From assembly GCA_964304625.1 (NCBI GenBank), contig OZ199840.1, positions 4,006,490-4,070,489 of the forward strand: a DNA stretch of 64,000 bases, in the 5' to 3' direction. Origin of the DNA: Kudoa neothunni (lineage: Eukaryota; Animalia; Cnidaria). Shown here in pieces: positions 51,737-64,000 of this stretch (the first letter of the stretch is position 1; the number at the start of each line of letters is the position of its first letter). Position numbers and translations under genes: made by a program. Below the pieces are notes generated by a model. It had not been told where the DNA came from and did no database searches. It saw nothing but the letters and a program-made list of their open reading frames with translations.

Positions 51737-52754
51737 CTATTTATATTTGTTTGTAATATATATTGACTTACGTGTGTTTTTATTGAAAAAAATTCTGCTT
51801 GTGAAAATTTATGTTTGTTATAGTTTTCGTTGTGGTCGTTCCTATAATGAAAATATAATAATGCAACTGTAAATCCACTTAACATTTTATGTTTTATTAA
51901 TATTTTAAAGTGGAGTAATAGTTTTGGAGTTTTATTAGATTCCTACAAAATAAAGTATAATCTAAATGCATTAAGATCTTTATATTGCGTTATGTAGCGT
52001 TTATCTTTCATTTATAATTAAATTTTATTCAGTATATTTAAAGTGGAGCTTGTGTTATTAATTATTCAGAGGAATCTATAATACATATTGGAATTAAATT
52101 CTAATTAGAAAAATATTTAAAATGGAGAATTACGCAGGATCTCACTACTACGTAACCATCCTCTTTATTTTAATCCAATAATCCCCTAATTGTGCTTCTC
52201 AAACGTTCAGTTTAATTTAATTTCTACGAAATGTTGAGGAAAAGATTAGAAATATAGGATTTTATAAATTGATACAATAATTTACATTTTTAAAAGCTAT
52301 GGCTGTGAAGTATTGGGAATTGCCATGTGAAGGGTACATATTATAGTTCCGATAATTTAAAGGTTATTCAATGTTGAATTAAATTTTAACGTAAAAATGA
52401 TAATATTACTCAAAATAAATAAAAATTTAATATATAAGAATATCCAAGATTTAAAACAAACTCAACCCAACAGGATGGTTTGGGATGGGGGACTAATTGA
52501 AAATATTCTCACCTTAACTATTAAAATTTAAAAATACAGGCAAGAGTTTTAGTATCAAGGATTTCAATTGAGAAAAAATTTAGTTGTCGAATTTAAGTCT
52601 TAATCAAGATAGGTGAAATAATAGTAACTTAAATCTATAAGTGAGGAGTGAGATCTTTATAGTGTCAACTAGTTGGCATTTAACTTATGGGGTAGAGTTT
52701 CCAAAAATATACTAAAGTTGAATAAAAATGTCTTTTTATATTTGAATATATTTA

Positions 52755-53126
52755 CAATGTAACCTCGGAGTTCGAACACATATAGAAAGGATATTCAGAA
52801 CAAATCCAGTCGGAGCAAAAAGACAGAGAAGAAGAGGAATTCTATAAGATTCGCTCAATCAATTTGTTCGAACGTCATCGAAAGAGAACCCTTTTATAAT
52901 CTATTGGATGACAATTACAAAATATTTATCCTATATTTCATTTTTATTATTATATTTTATATAAGCAAGGTACGCATGTTTTTTCATAAATAACAATAGA
53001 AATAGTCATTAGTTTGATGTACGGTAACGGATTAAACTAATTTTCATTATTTTGCAAGGGAAAAAATTATTCAGAGTTCAAACATACTTCTATAACGGAT
53101 TATGGTCAAAGTCCGAGGTTGCGCTG
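52755..53126. mobile_element. Tc1/pogo-type MITE, empty copy of 32441-33838
   Basis: TA-CAATGTAACCTCGGAGTTCGAACAC ... AAGTCCGAGGTTGCGCTG. The internal sequence is collinear with the flanks of the hAT in the TBC intron. Confidence 0.8.
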
Positions 53127-53585
53127 AGTTTCAAAGTTATGTTTCATTAATCAGAACAAATCTAATTTTAAAGTGATGTATACACTATAAAAAAGATGGA
53201 ACCATACCAGGAGTCAATTTTATTAGTCTATAGGAAAAGTAAGTTATTTTACATGCCATTAATTAAGTTTAAACATCAGAATTTTTAAAGTAAATAAATC
53301 ATCTTCTAATAAAGTATCTTTTAAAGGATAATGGATAAACAAGCTCCTTCTTCAATTTTCAAATTTAAAATTATTTAGACTCAATATTTTCCAATGTAAG
53401 TGGGAAAATTTTCATCTTCGTAGGTCAGTGTTCTCCACATTCAGAAGCAGATTTAATTTTAATATCGTGTTTTTATGTTCAAATATTTCTGTAAGCTTAT
53501 TTTTACTCATTTATATTCGAATTTAGTGATTTTTTGTATAAAAAATATTAGTTCAGCAATATTGTACGTTAGATATTTTAATATA

Positions 53586-54472
53586 CAGTCGTGCCTCGAT
53601 ATTGCGTTAATTTTTTAATTGATGATAAATTTTGATACTGCTAGGTAATAATTACATTATTATCTCGTAAAATATATGTAAAAATATTTATGAATAAAAA
53701 AATTAATATGAAATTGCTCAGCACGGCAAAGTAATTTTGTATTGCGAAGCAGTTCCAAGGTGTGGAAACCCTGTTTTGATTCGATATTGCGTAGTAAATT
53801 TGACCATGCCAAGGCTACAGAAGGATATTTCTGAGAAATTTAAAATTATCAGTTGTAAGAATTCAACTAAATCAATGAGGAGTTAAAAAATGAACGGGTT
53901 AGAAATTTTATCTCAGTAATAGAATAATTATGTCTTGGTAAAAAATACATTTTAAATATAAAAAACATTCAACCCTTGGTAGAATCTTTTAGATAGAAAA
54001 AAAAATTTCTAGTTACGACATTTCTAACAAACGAAAATGTGGATGAAGGAGAGACTTTATTAGCGGTCTAATTTAATAGTAGCGGTCCATGCGCCAGTAT
54101 CTCTGATGATAAGTGTCAAAAGAAACAATTAATCGTCAAACTGTTAACATGTAAAATTAAGGGTGTCTTAAGAACTCTTAGACAAACCTTTTCAAGTCAA
54201 GATCTAGAAGGTCTCTGTGATTTACAGCCATTTATGGATCAAAAATCAGCTATTTTAAAAGAAAGAGAACCACAGATTAAAATGGTGGCCAGTTTCTCTC
54301 AAGATAAAATGAAAAATAGGAAAAATTTACTTTCATTATATAAATTAATTTATGTTTAAAAAGAGTCAATAAATGGGTTAATCGATTTTTTTCGCAGTGT
54401 ACGCGCGCTAAACTCGATATTGCATAGTAAGTTGGTGGTCCCAATTTAGTACACAATACCGAGGCTCGACTA
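53586..54472 (+). mobile_element. Internal-deletion derivative related to the Tigger at 24380-26279
   Basis: TA-CAGTCGTGCCTCGATATTGCG ... CAATACCGAGGCTCGACTA-TA. It shares internal GATATTGCGTAGTAAATT repeats and the 3' region with the Tigger in opposite orientation. Confidence 0.75.
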
Positions 54473-54967
54473 TAACAATTTTTACGGCTAGAATTCAATA
54501 AATTTAACACATTTACAACGAAATTCAAACTTTTTAAAAATTCATGAATTTTCGATCCAAATATTTAAATATGGAATTATTTTTACAGTCGAAATTTTTC
54601 AAATACTAATCTATTTGAGAATGCAATCTATTATACGATTTAAGATAGCTCTTGGAATTTCTCTTTATTAATCATTTCTTTAGATGACTAAATTGAGAAC
54701 TTAATTATAGTATAAAAACGCTAAAATAAAATATTTATTAAATTTTTTCAAACAATTTAAAAGAATATGATGAATATAGTAAATTTGAGGTGATTGAAAA
54801 AACTTTCTCATTGTTTGATTCAAATCATGCCATCAATTCAATCATAAATGTGTTTCTGCGACAACGCAGACACAGAATTTCTTATTCTATGCCGTTTAAT
54901 GACTTATGATGACAATTAGTTAAAACCAACCTAGTACTCTAATTTAATATAATTTACTTGAGAAATA

Positions 54968-55773
54968 CAGTAACTTATGGGTCGTACGTAATGTCGCGAT
55001 AAAACACAAATTAATTAATATCTAGAAAAATGAACTCGCACAATATAAATTTGGTAATATTAGTAGCATACTAATTCAGTTTGACTTAAGAAAATTTACA
55101 TTATCAATGGTTTTTATGCATTTTATGTGCCGTGCGTAATTATTTTTGTTTCATAAGTACGAAGATTATGACCTGTGCGCCAACAGGTGGTATAAATAAT
55201 TTTAACTCTATCCAAAAAGTTGAATTAATGAAATATCAAAAAGTAGCCAGTAAATCAACCGCTACATTTGAAACGATGATCTTTGATGTAGAAGAAAGAT
55301 CTGTCTTGAATATTATTATAAACATACAGTTTAATTGTTTTAACATTATAACAATTTTTCTGTTCCAAATTAAGAAAACTCTCAGAGGGAGAAAATGTGG
55401 ATATTGATCTACACGTGAAAAGATGGATTGAATTGATCAGAGCAAAAAATAGGTGATGCTCAATAATCTTTTAACTGTAAAGTTGCTGAATTCCTTATGA
55501 TGCCCCGCATTCAATATCTGTATCTACTAAATAGTTTAAGACTTTATAAAAAAAAAAGATTTAACTTTTCTCATAATACATTTTTGGCATATCTTCAAAT
55601 TATAAATCATTTGCATTAAAGATTTCCGCAAATATTCAATTAAACAATATGCTAATTAGTCAAAATATGACCTAATTTTTTAAATTTTTGTTTAATTTCG
55701 CATGCGCAAAGCTACGTGTCGTGCATAATAATTTTAATTTCCCTTTTGATTACGCACGACCCATAAATCACTG
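54968..55773. mobile_element. Tc1/mariner-type MITE (806 bp)
   Basis: 25-bp TIRs CAGTAACTTATGGGTCGTACGTAAT / ATTACGCACGACCCATAAATCACTG (3 mismatches) with a TA TSD on both sides. Confidence 0.88.
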
Positions 55774-55860
55774 TAAATTAATATTTTCGCATGTGTGTAT
55801 TAGAGGATTGCGTAACATCTGGGAGCAAAGAAAATGTTACAAAGTGTCGAAGCGTTATTT

Positions 55861-56561
55861 CAGTGTTACCCACCGGTGGGGCGTGAAAAAAGTTGAGCGG
55901 GACATGAGGATTTAAACATTTAATGAACCGCTCTGGTGGGATGCGGAAAATGTTGAATATTGGTGTGCCACGGAGAATGATAAGATAATTGGGCAGTATG
56001 ATGTGCTTTGAAGTCAATATCTTGATTTTCGATATCGCGTATTTTTAAGTGACGATTAACATCGCAAAAAATACAACAAGCAATGACCAACTATATAAAA
56101 ATTAATAATAATATTTAACGTGTCCTCCGCATGAATAGAATCAGAATGGGTTGAAGTTCAATCTTGTCTCATTTAGAGGCGTATATCCTCTTTTTTGGTT
56201 AAACCTAATGTAATATTGATTAATTTTGTATTTATTTTCCGTTTATTAGCCCCTTTACACGAAAGTCTTTCTTAATGAGTGTTGGATTACCGCGAGTATC
56301 ATTTGTCGTTGTTTTTGACGGAGTAAATAACTAGATGTTGATTTTTAAAGTCCATCTATAAATTAAATTAGATCTGATCAAATTCATTTTAATAAGAAAG
56401 GAAGTATATATTAATTGCTTTCAAATTTCAATGTGATAGGAGCATTATTCAATGTTATAAACAGTTTAATTTAAAAAAAACAAATTCTTTTGCGAAAGTT
56501 GGGCATGGAACTTTTTTCAAGAAAACGTGGGACGCGATAGAAAAAAGGTTGGGAAACACTG
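55861..56561. mobile_element. hAT-type non-autonomous element
   Basis: TIRs CAGTGTTACCCACCG / GGTTGGGAAACACTG. The flanking 8-mers CGTTATTT and CCTTACTT match at 6/8 positions (decayed TSD). Confidence 0.65.
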
Positions 56562-59500
56562 CCTTACTTTATTACATTCTATAAGATATCATAATTAGGA
56601 TTAAGAGTTTGGCCTATGAGTATGAATGACATTGTGTCATAGCGTGTCAAGTAATCAGCATAATAAACTCAACATTTCAATGAGATTAGCTTATTAGAGT
56701 TAATGTGGTGTTATGGTTGGTCTGAGTCTGATATAATGTGTGGGAAAATTATTACATTATTAGCTAGATGTAAATTTGAATCTAATATATCGTTACTAAA
56801 TGTGTAACTTTGATGAAACAGGCCAGATTAAAATAAACCTCAATTCCAACAAGTTGTGCCAAAGGTGTTTATCTTGTGGAAAACACAGTTTCACTACCAC
56901 TGGCTTATTTGTTTTCGACAAGATTAGGCCTTATATTCGCAGAATTGTCAATTCACCGCAGATTTCTCATCTTGTTTAATTATCAAATAAAAAAGGGTGG
57001 TACAAAAATAGGCCTTAACTAAACTTTCATTTAACTTAATACCGACACCTTCAGTGATAAATAAAAACCTCTCAAAGGCTTATTAGTTCAAGCCAACAAA
57101 TTTACAAAATACGGATCCACCATCATTAATTATTATCATGTTTGTAGGAAAATTGGAATATTTTTATAATTTTAACATTACTGGACGCTAAATTGAAAAA
57201 TATGTTAATCTAATCATACATTCATCCTAAATAATATCATATGATCCTATACAGAATCATGTCAATTATTCCATAAATACATTATTAATAGAGAAATTGA
57301 TCGCATTGCTGAGTTAAAATTTTTATTTTTATTAGATAATTATTTTTATTAAACTGTTCACTACGAAGAAAATTGTGGAAACATCTAGAACTACATGTTA
57401 TCAATATTAATTATATTGAATTATTTACAGAGATATTACTTTGAATAAATCTCGTAATATAATATCAGGGCAATTAGAAAGTAATGGTTGGAGAAGGAAG
57501 CTGATTTCTTCCCCAATACAATGGTATAATTAATATTTGATTAACTCCGAGGTAATACAAAACTTAATGAATATGATAATGGTGCACCCTTATATCTATA
57601 TGATTTTGTTTATTTTTATTCTGGTTATATTCATCAAGATGCATTGGTTAACAGAATAATATCTGGCACTTTATGGCATAGCTCTCTTAGCCTTAAAACA
57701 GAGATGTAATTGAAGGTTTTAATCTCACCTATTTAGCTATTTGAGTTTTCAGACGAAAAAACAAATTACTAGATGTATCCAGTTAATATTCTTGATTGAT
57801 ATTTTTATAAATTAATGTTTCATATTTTATATAATAACATATGTAATTGCGACTAAGCGAAAAAGTATACTAAGCTATTGGGTTAATCACACAAAAAGGT
57901 AGGTTTCATAACAAGAAAAGTAACTCTGTATGGTATGATTTATCCTTAAGTGACTAATTATTTTATTTGAAAGGTTCTAATAAATTGTCAAAATTTGGTT
58001 AAACACATGAGTAATAAAGTTTTATCATATAGTAAACTCCGACCATAGGCAAACTAAAATAGCAAAATATTAAAAGAGAGTATAATTCTAGATCGGATCC
58101 TAATCTGGTTTTTAATTTAAGCCATTCTTCGTGAAACTAATAACAGCATAAACTTATGTGATCATAACATAAAACGTAATGTGATTATATAAGAAAAATA
58201 GATATCAGAGTAGCTGATTTCTAGAATGTTCCCAATTAACAGTATCATTGCGAGCATTTATCTTCACCTAAAATGCCATACTAATGGAATAATGAAGAGG
58301 TTCTTAAAAGCTCTAATGGTACTCCTGTACCAAATAACACAAACTTAAAATGACTGAAGGATTATGTTATTACACATTACATTTTTAGGTTAAATTATAA
58401 ATTTAATTTTTCGAACAAATGTTACAATCCCATAGATAAAATGCAATGTTGGGTGTTCATCAATGAAAGGGTCTAAAACCTGCGTAACCTTAATTTTTAG
58501 ATATCCTCATTGTGTTGAGGAACTCGATACTCAACTATAACAAAATTAAAATATTTATGGATTAAAATCGATTCAAGACGATTCGAATGGTTTGCCTCGT
58601 GTCATCTCTATCAAATAAGCGAAAAACAACCGCATTACATGTTTTTAGCTGTGAAAAAATTATATCTGTCATATTAGTGGTAATTATGAGTCGGTTAGAA
58701 TGTAAGATTAAGAATAACAACACAGAATAGAATTTTCAGGGGAACCCAAAGAATAATCAACAAAAAGTCCCAACCATTTACGTAAAACACCTTATTGTTA
58801 TTCCAATATGCTATACTATGGCGATAAATAGGTTGTTAAACCATTTTGGTTAGATTTTAGCTAAGCTAATTAGGTGACTGGGGTGGGTGGGGACAACGGA
58901 CACAACAAGCCTGACATACTTAGTATGGGGATGTTTATAACTGGTAGTTTCGGGAGCAATACTAGTTAAAGCTCTGGCGATTACATCAACTCAATCAACT
59001 ATTTAAGAGTGAACTCAAATCCAAAATAATACTCAAATATTGTTCCCTTCTTAAATCATTATCATCATAATTAGGATTTAACCTAATGAATCTATTCTCT
59101 TGGAATAGTTTGTTTCGGCTTGGAGAATAAATAATTATTGTAGATGCTCCTAGTGGTAAATGATTCACACCAAATTAACCAAATAAGACAAATAAAACAA
59201 AACCTAATATAAAGTTATCCAAGTCGAAAATCAACGAAGGACTAGACAGATATTCATATAGGTTATCCTTGGAGAGTAGTATTAGAAACTGATTAATTTA
59301 TGTATTAAACATTATTTAAAAGAGAGAATACATTAATTCAGATAGCGAAGAAAGAATGAGAAGGAGTCAGCGCCATTAATCGGTCTCAATTGGGCCCTCC
59401 GATAAATTTCTATTAAACTTTTATATATCCCTTATAATATCAAAATGTGCGAAAGTTTTACGGTGCCTGTAGTGAATATAGTTTTGGTAAAGATACATTG

Positions 59501-60241
59501 GTGATTAGCTAGGTAAAACGACCTTAATTTCGGTATTATAAAGGTTGAAAATCTTGTTTTTGAGTTATGTGGCAAACGCAATGAATCAAACTATTGTAGA
59601 GAATACTATACAGAAATTTCTGTTTGATAGTTTCACTTAGCAGGCACATCAATAGGACTATTTGAAATGATATTTTTTTCAGTTGTGAATAGTGTTTTTA
59701 TAGAATGAATGGTCACAATAATTTGGGGTTAATTTGGTGAAAAATCAAATAAAACATCCGAATCATGCTATTATTTTTCAATAAAAATTGTGCCGAACTT
59801 TTAGTAGTAAATAGAGCCACAGCTCTAACTTAACTATGGTAATGCCGAGTTAAGCTAATTACGTATATCATCCATTTGAGGTGGTGTTAATGGCCAAGAA
59901 CCAATTGATTTGTTGACCCTCCAAAAAACATCTATCTTTGTAATCTAGAGACACAGTAGGTTAAAATATTGTAAAAAATAAGTAGTTTCGGGCTTTATAT
60001 CGCAGTAAATTTTATGTATAATAAGTGTTATCCGTGTATTGCCAAAGTGGAAGCGAAGTTAGTACTTAAAATTTGAGTTACGACTATCGAAAAACAACCC
60101 ATAAAACCTGTTCGAATAATATTAGGGTCTACTCCAGAAGAAGCTAATAGCAACATTGTTATTGTGTGGTAGAGTGTGTTATCGGGTGCGTGTACGTCGT
60201 AACACCTAAAATCATCGCTGACGATTTGCGTATTCAGTTAA

Positions 60242-61895
60242 ATGGTAGGGAAGGCGTTAAAGCTTAGAATGAGTAGCGATATGGAACAGTTCAAATCAAA
60301 CAATTCACCAAAACACTCACAACCAATCTCAACACAAAGTAACCGACAATCTAACACTAAACCACTGTCTGAGGACAACGCAACATCTTCGTCTAATACC
60401 ACCAATTCAAGTATGAGCTGCAAGGTAGAAAATTCCTCCACAGCAGCTACAGGTAGCAATGAAAATCTTGTTACAGCTAAAAAATCTTACAATAAATCTG
60501 AATCAATGTCACCTGTGTCTGAGAAGAACGGTGATTCGAACCAACCACTACCACATCAAACCAACCCAATGAGTCCATCAGCAAATTTGCGTCGTTCTCA
60601 ACGCAAACCAGCAATCAACCACACCAAATATTCACCAGATTTTTTCATCACAACAATGAACAAATCCAAATCAATCTCATCACCTAAACCAACTACGTCA
60701 TCAAACACAACTGTTAACAACGGATCCTCGACTGTTGAAACTGCATCGTTAATGGAATCATCAGATGATCAATACGAACCAACTAATGGTTTCAGTAAGG
60801 AGACTACCCCAAAAAAAGCTCCACAACCGAAAAATCAAAGGAAAAGTCGTGCTAGAAAACCTAAAAATGGTGCCACTGTTACCGCTATTAATGGAGTTGG
60901 AAAAGCGACAAACAGTCCTACAGAACGACCACACGATGCTTGTACTTTGAAAGCAAACAAACGGCCTTCAAGTAAACGTTCCAAGAAAAAGTGTCGTAGA
61001 GAACGCTTTTTTCTATAATCCACAAACACAGACCTTCTACGATAACCTCATTATCGGCGATGAAACCTACAGGGTGGGAGATTGTGTTCAGCTCACCACC
61101 AAATATCCAACAAAAAAAATCGGTCGTATTAACGCCATCTACACTGAAAGTCCTCCACCAAATTCCAAAAAATCCCCCAAAAAAGCCAAAATTAACAGTA
61201 AGTCTCGAATTCGATGAATCGATAGTTTTTTTGAATGTCTAGATTAAATCATTTCCCTTAAAATTGTTGCTATCAATTATTTTAACATTTAGAAGTTGTT
61301 TTGCTGAAAATTCCATTAATTCCTCTTAAATCTTCATAATTCGGCAAAATTGTCGTTGATTTATAATTTGATGTTTATTTAGTTGTAGATGATCCCCCAA
61401 TTAAAAAGGTTCTTATAAGTTGCTATTTCAACGCAGAAAAGTACGCTGCATCTGTCGAAGGTCATTTTGCCAAAGTATCCATTTATATCATAGCTGTTTG
61501 AAAATGTTACAACCGACTGACTGATCTCTTCATTTAGCATGAACTTTTTGCTACTAGAAGATTTAAAGTGTACAACGAGAACGAAATTCTTAAAAAATGT
61601 TATGTGGTTGGACTTAGCCTATATAATCGGTAGGTTATTAGTTGATTTTAACAAATAAATGAAGTATCAATCACGTTTAATTGTTTTTTTAGAATCAAGG
61701 CGATGAAAAAAACGTAATGCGGTTGAAGAGTTGGGCCAACTTACCACATCCACTCGTACACCCCCACTTGTATTGCCTCTTTGCAACGCAATGGTTTACG
61801 ATGAACATGTTAATGTCAAATCCAAATATTTATACTTTTGTCGATCAATCATTAATGTATCTAATCTAACGTTGAATCCAACTGTTTTCAAATAA
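60242..61895 (+). CDS. BAHD1-like protein: long S/T/K-rich disordered N-terminus and C-terminal BAH domain
   Basis: After a +1 frame break near 60986-61012 the frame reads FYDNLIIGDETYRVGDCVQL...IGRINAIY, KVLISCYFNAE, HELFATRR...ILKKCYVVGLSLYNRIKAMKKR and YLYFCRSII. This matches the BAHD1 register ([37 protein letters not shown]). Three GT-AG introns; stop at 61893-61895. Confidence 0.78.
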
Positions 61896-64000
61896 ATACC
61901 ACTAATTATAAACAATTGGCGGCTATTATGTATTTCCACTTTATATGGACTGAAACTTGATGTAATAATTTTTTCTTCAAAATTGATGTTTTTTCATTCG
62001 CATCTGCTTATATATAATTCTTTAATCAATTCTAAGTAAGTTAGTCTCATGTTTATTTATAGACGTCGATTCTTCCAAAAAATAAACGTCGAACTTTTCG
62101 GCGCTTTTATGCATAAACGAGATTATATACCGACCGGCGCAATCACCCCTATAACGCAAGAAACACAAACCAACATTACATATAATATAATAAAATAAAA
62201 TCATGTTTTAATTTCATTATTTTAATATAATTATAGCACCATAGAGATTTTCCTCTCGAAAGAACATACATAATATCCAAAAAATTTTAATTGCGATTGA
62301 AGGCAATTATTTGTTTAAACAATATTATCGAAAAAATTTTTAACATTAGAAAGTGAGCGTGCCGGAAAACAATATTTTTAGGAACAACTTCTACGTCTTG
62401 TGTGATTATCTATTATTTTAAATGGTAATCCATCACACACATCAGTTGAAACACGATAAATCTTAATTTTTGATTCATTTGACCTCTAAATAACGAAGGG
62501 AACTAGGAGAGATACGCTTTAATTATTCTATCATTCAACGATGCTGCAATAATGCAAAATGTTCCTGTACATGGTTTTGTTTTTTAGGCAACTTTAACTC
62601 GGAGCATATGTAAATAAATTCATTTAAATAATTCTAAATTAACTCAATCCTCAATAAAATGCTCCAAATCACATCCTTTTTCGCATATTCTTATTGGGCG
62701 CCACTTCCGAAATACTCCGAGGAAATAAACGTCAAACCATCCTGATAAAATAGACGGCTTAAATCAACAATTGCGTGCCCTATTTATGTGGTGTCTACAA
62801 CAGTGCATTATTAATTTGTGCATCCCTTCTTCCGTAATAGAAGTTTTTTGTTAATGCTAGATTTTGTAGTTGATCCAAAATTCAATTAAATAAAATTTAC
62901 GCAAAATATTAAATGAGAGTGACTATCTGCGTGCGGTTACAGTTCTCCTTAAATAGATCAATTTATAGTTGAACTAAATAATTTTCAATTATTTGTAAAA
63001 TTCTATATTCAATTTAGATATAAAAAGATAATTAACAATGTATCAAGTGCTAATTTTATGTCACCAATTTAAACGTGGGATTAGAATTCGGAATAATTGG
63101 ATTAATTTCCCAAATTTCTATCTTTAAATTGCCAAAATCGAACTTTAAACGTTTAGATTTTGAAACTTATGACATCAACAAAATCATCCTACCAAGGAAA
63201 TACTGATTAAGTAGATCGATCAATTTTATAGAACAATATTTTGTCTATAGTACTCAGATAATATTCCCGCCTTAAAGCTAGAAGATAAAGATGTGGCTAT
63301 TATAGCCACTCATCATATTTAAGTAATTGTAGTTTTGACTGAAATTAATTGTTTTTGGCATCTAGGAACGGTGGCGACAGCCCAAAAATAATTGGCTGTA
63401 GAAGATTGTAAGAAATAAACTTTATACATCAACTATAAATGGAGGTTGTTACGATTAAAATTGACGATGCGCGAGTGTAGATGTCACTTGGGATTAATAA
63501 TATCCGTTACAGTAGATATTGTGTAATAACTTTCAGTATTATTTTGTCAAATACATGTTTTTCATAATAATCTGATTCGGTAACTATGAGTATTATTATA
63601 ATCCGGCCCGCGAAAAAATATAATTGACCACCCCTATTTTACAATTATACCGTTAATACGGGATAATCAGTGATATAATAAAAACTTTACACACTCTAGA
63701 ACGGTTGTGGTTGTGCGATAATAATATGTAGAATTGAAGCAATATGAAATGAAAAAATAACAAAATCATTTATATGTGCGTAAATGTTATATTTTTCAAC
63801 GAAATTAGCAGCTACTTTTATACGACATAATTATTTTCGAGTATTTTATAATAAAATATATTAATTTGAAAAATATTTTAATTTTTATTACAACATTTTT
63901 ATGGTTTTATTAATAAAACCGATAATATTTAAATATTATTTAGTTGGGGAAAATTGTCGTTTGAATAATGGTTTCTACACAATATTCGGCTTTTGAATGA

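Noticed and set aside
56600-59300. Possible decayed LTR-retrotransposon gag/protease/RT traces on the minus strand
   Set aside because: Only isolated motif-like words; no frame, LTR pair or PBS can be supported.
29115-61020. Euplotes-style programmed frameshifting at stop codons as a genome-wide system
   Set aside because: The breaks have different signs and no shared motif, sit in homopolymers, and several are solved by short introns. Assembly error is more parsimonious.

Overview
AT-rich eukaryotic nuclear DNA with spliceosomal GT-AG introns. Most introns are about 37-100 nt; a few 3-4 kb introns contain transposon debris. The gene set points to a fast-evolving metazoan, possibly a parasite such as a myxozoan (inference only). 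Hand-spliced genes: 3' part of importin beta-1 (+), a secreted protein with five Kunitz-like domains (-), tRNA-Ala(CGC) (-), a putative RGS-like + PDZ protein (-), a claudin/PMP22-like tetraspan protein (+), a TBC1D8/9-type Rab-GAP (-), a divergent forkhead factor (-), an acid ceramidase-like Ntn hydrolase (+) and a BAHD1-like protein (+). The intergenic and large-intron space holds decayed DNA transposons (pogo, Tigger, piggyBac, MULE, hAT, Tc1/mariner-type MITEs), several with intact TIRs and TSDs and two nested insertions. No wholly new system is demonstrable from sequence alone. The best leads are a forkhead domain lacking the near-invariant Arg-His of its recognition helix, a BAHD1-like BAH domain with an eroded methyl-lysine cage, an RGS-before-PDZ architecture, a cysteine-depleted Kunitz array with one domain per exon, and single-base frame breaks in otherwise intact genes. 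Family assignments rest on remembered reference sequences; no database searches were run.
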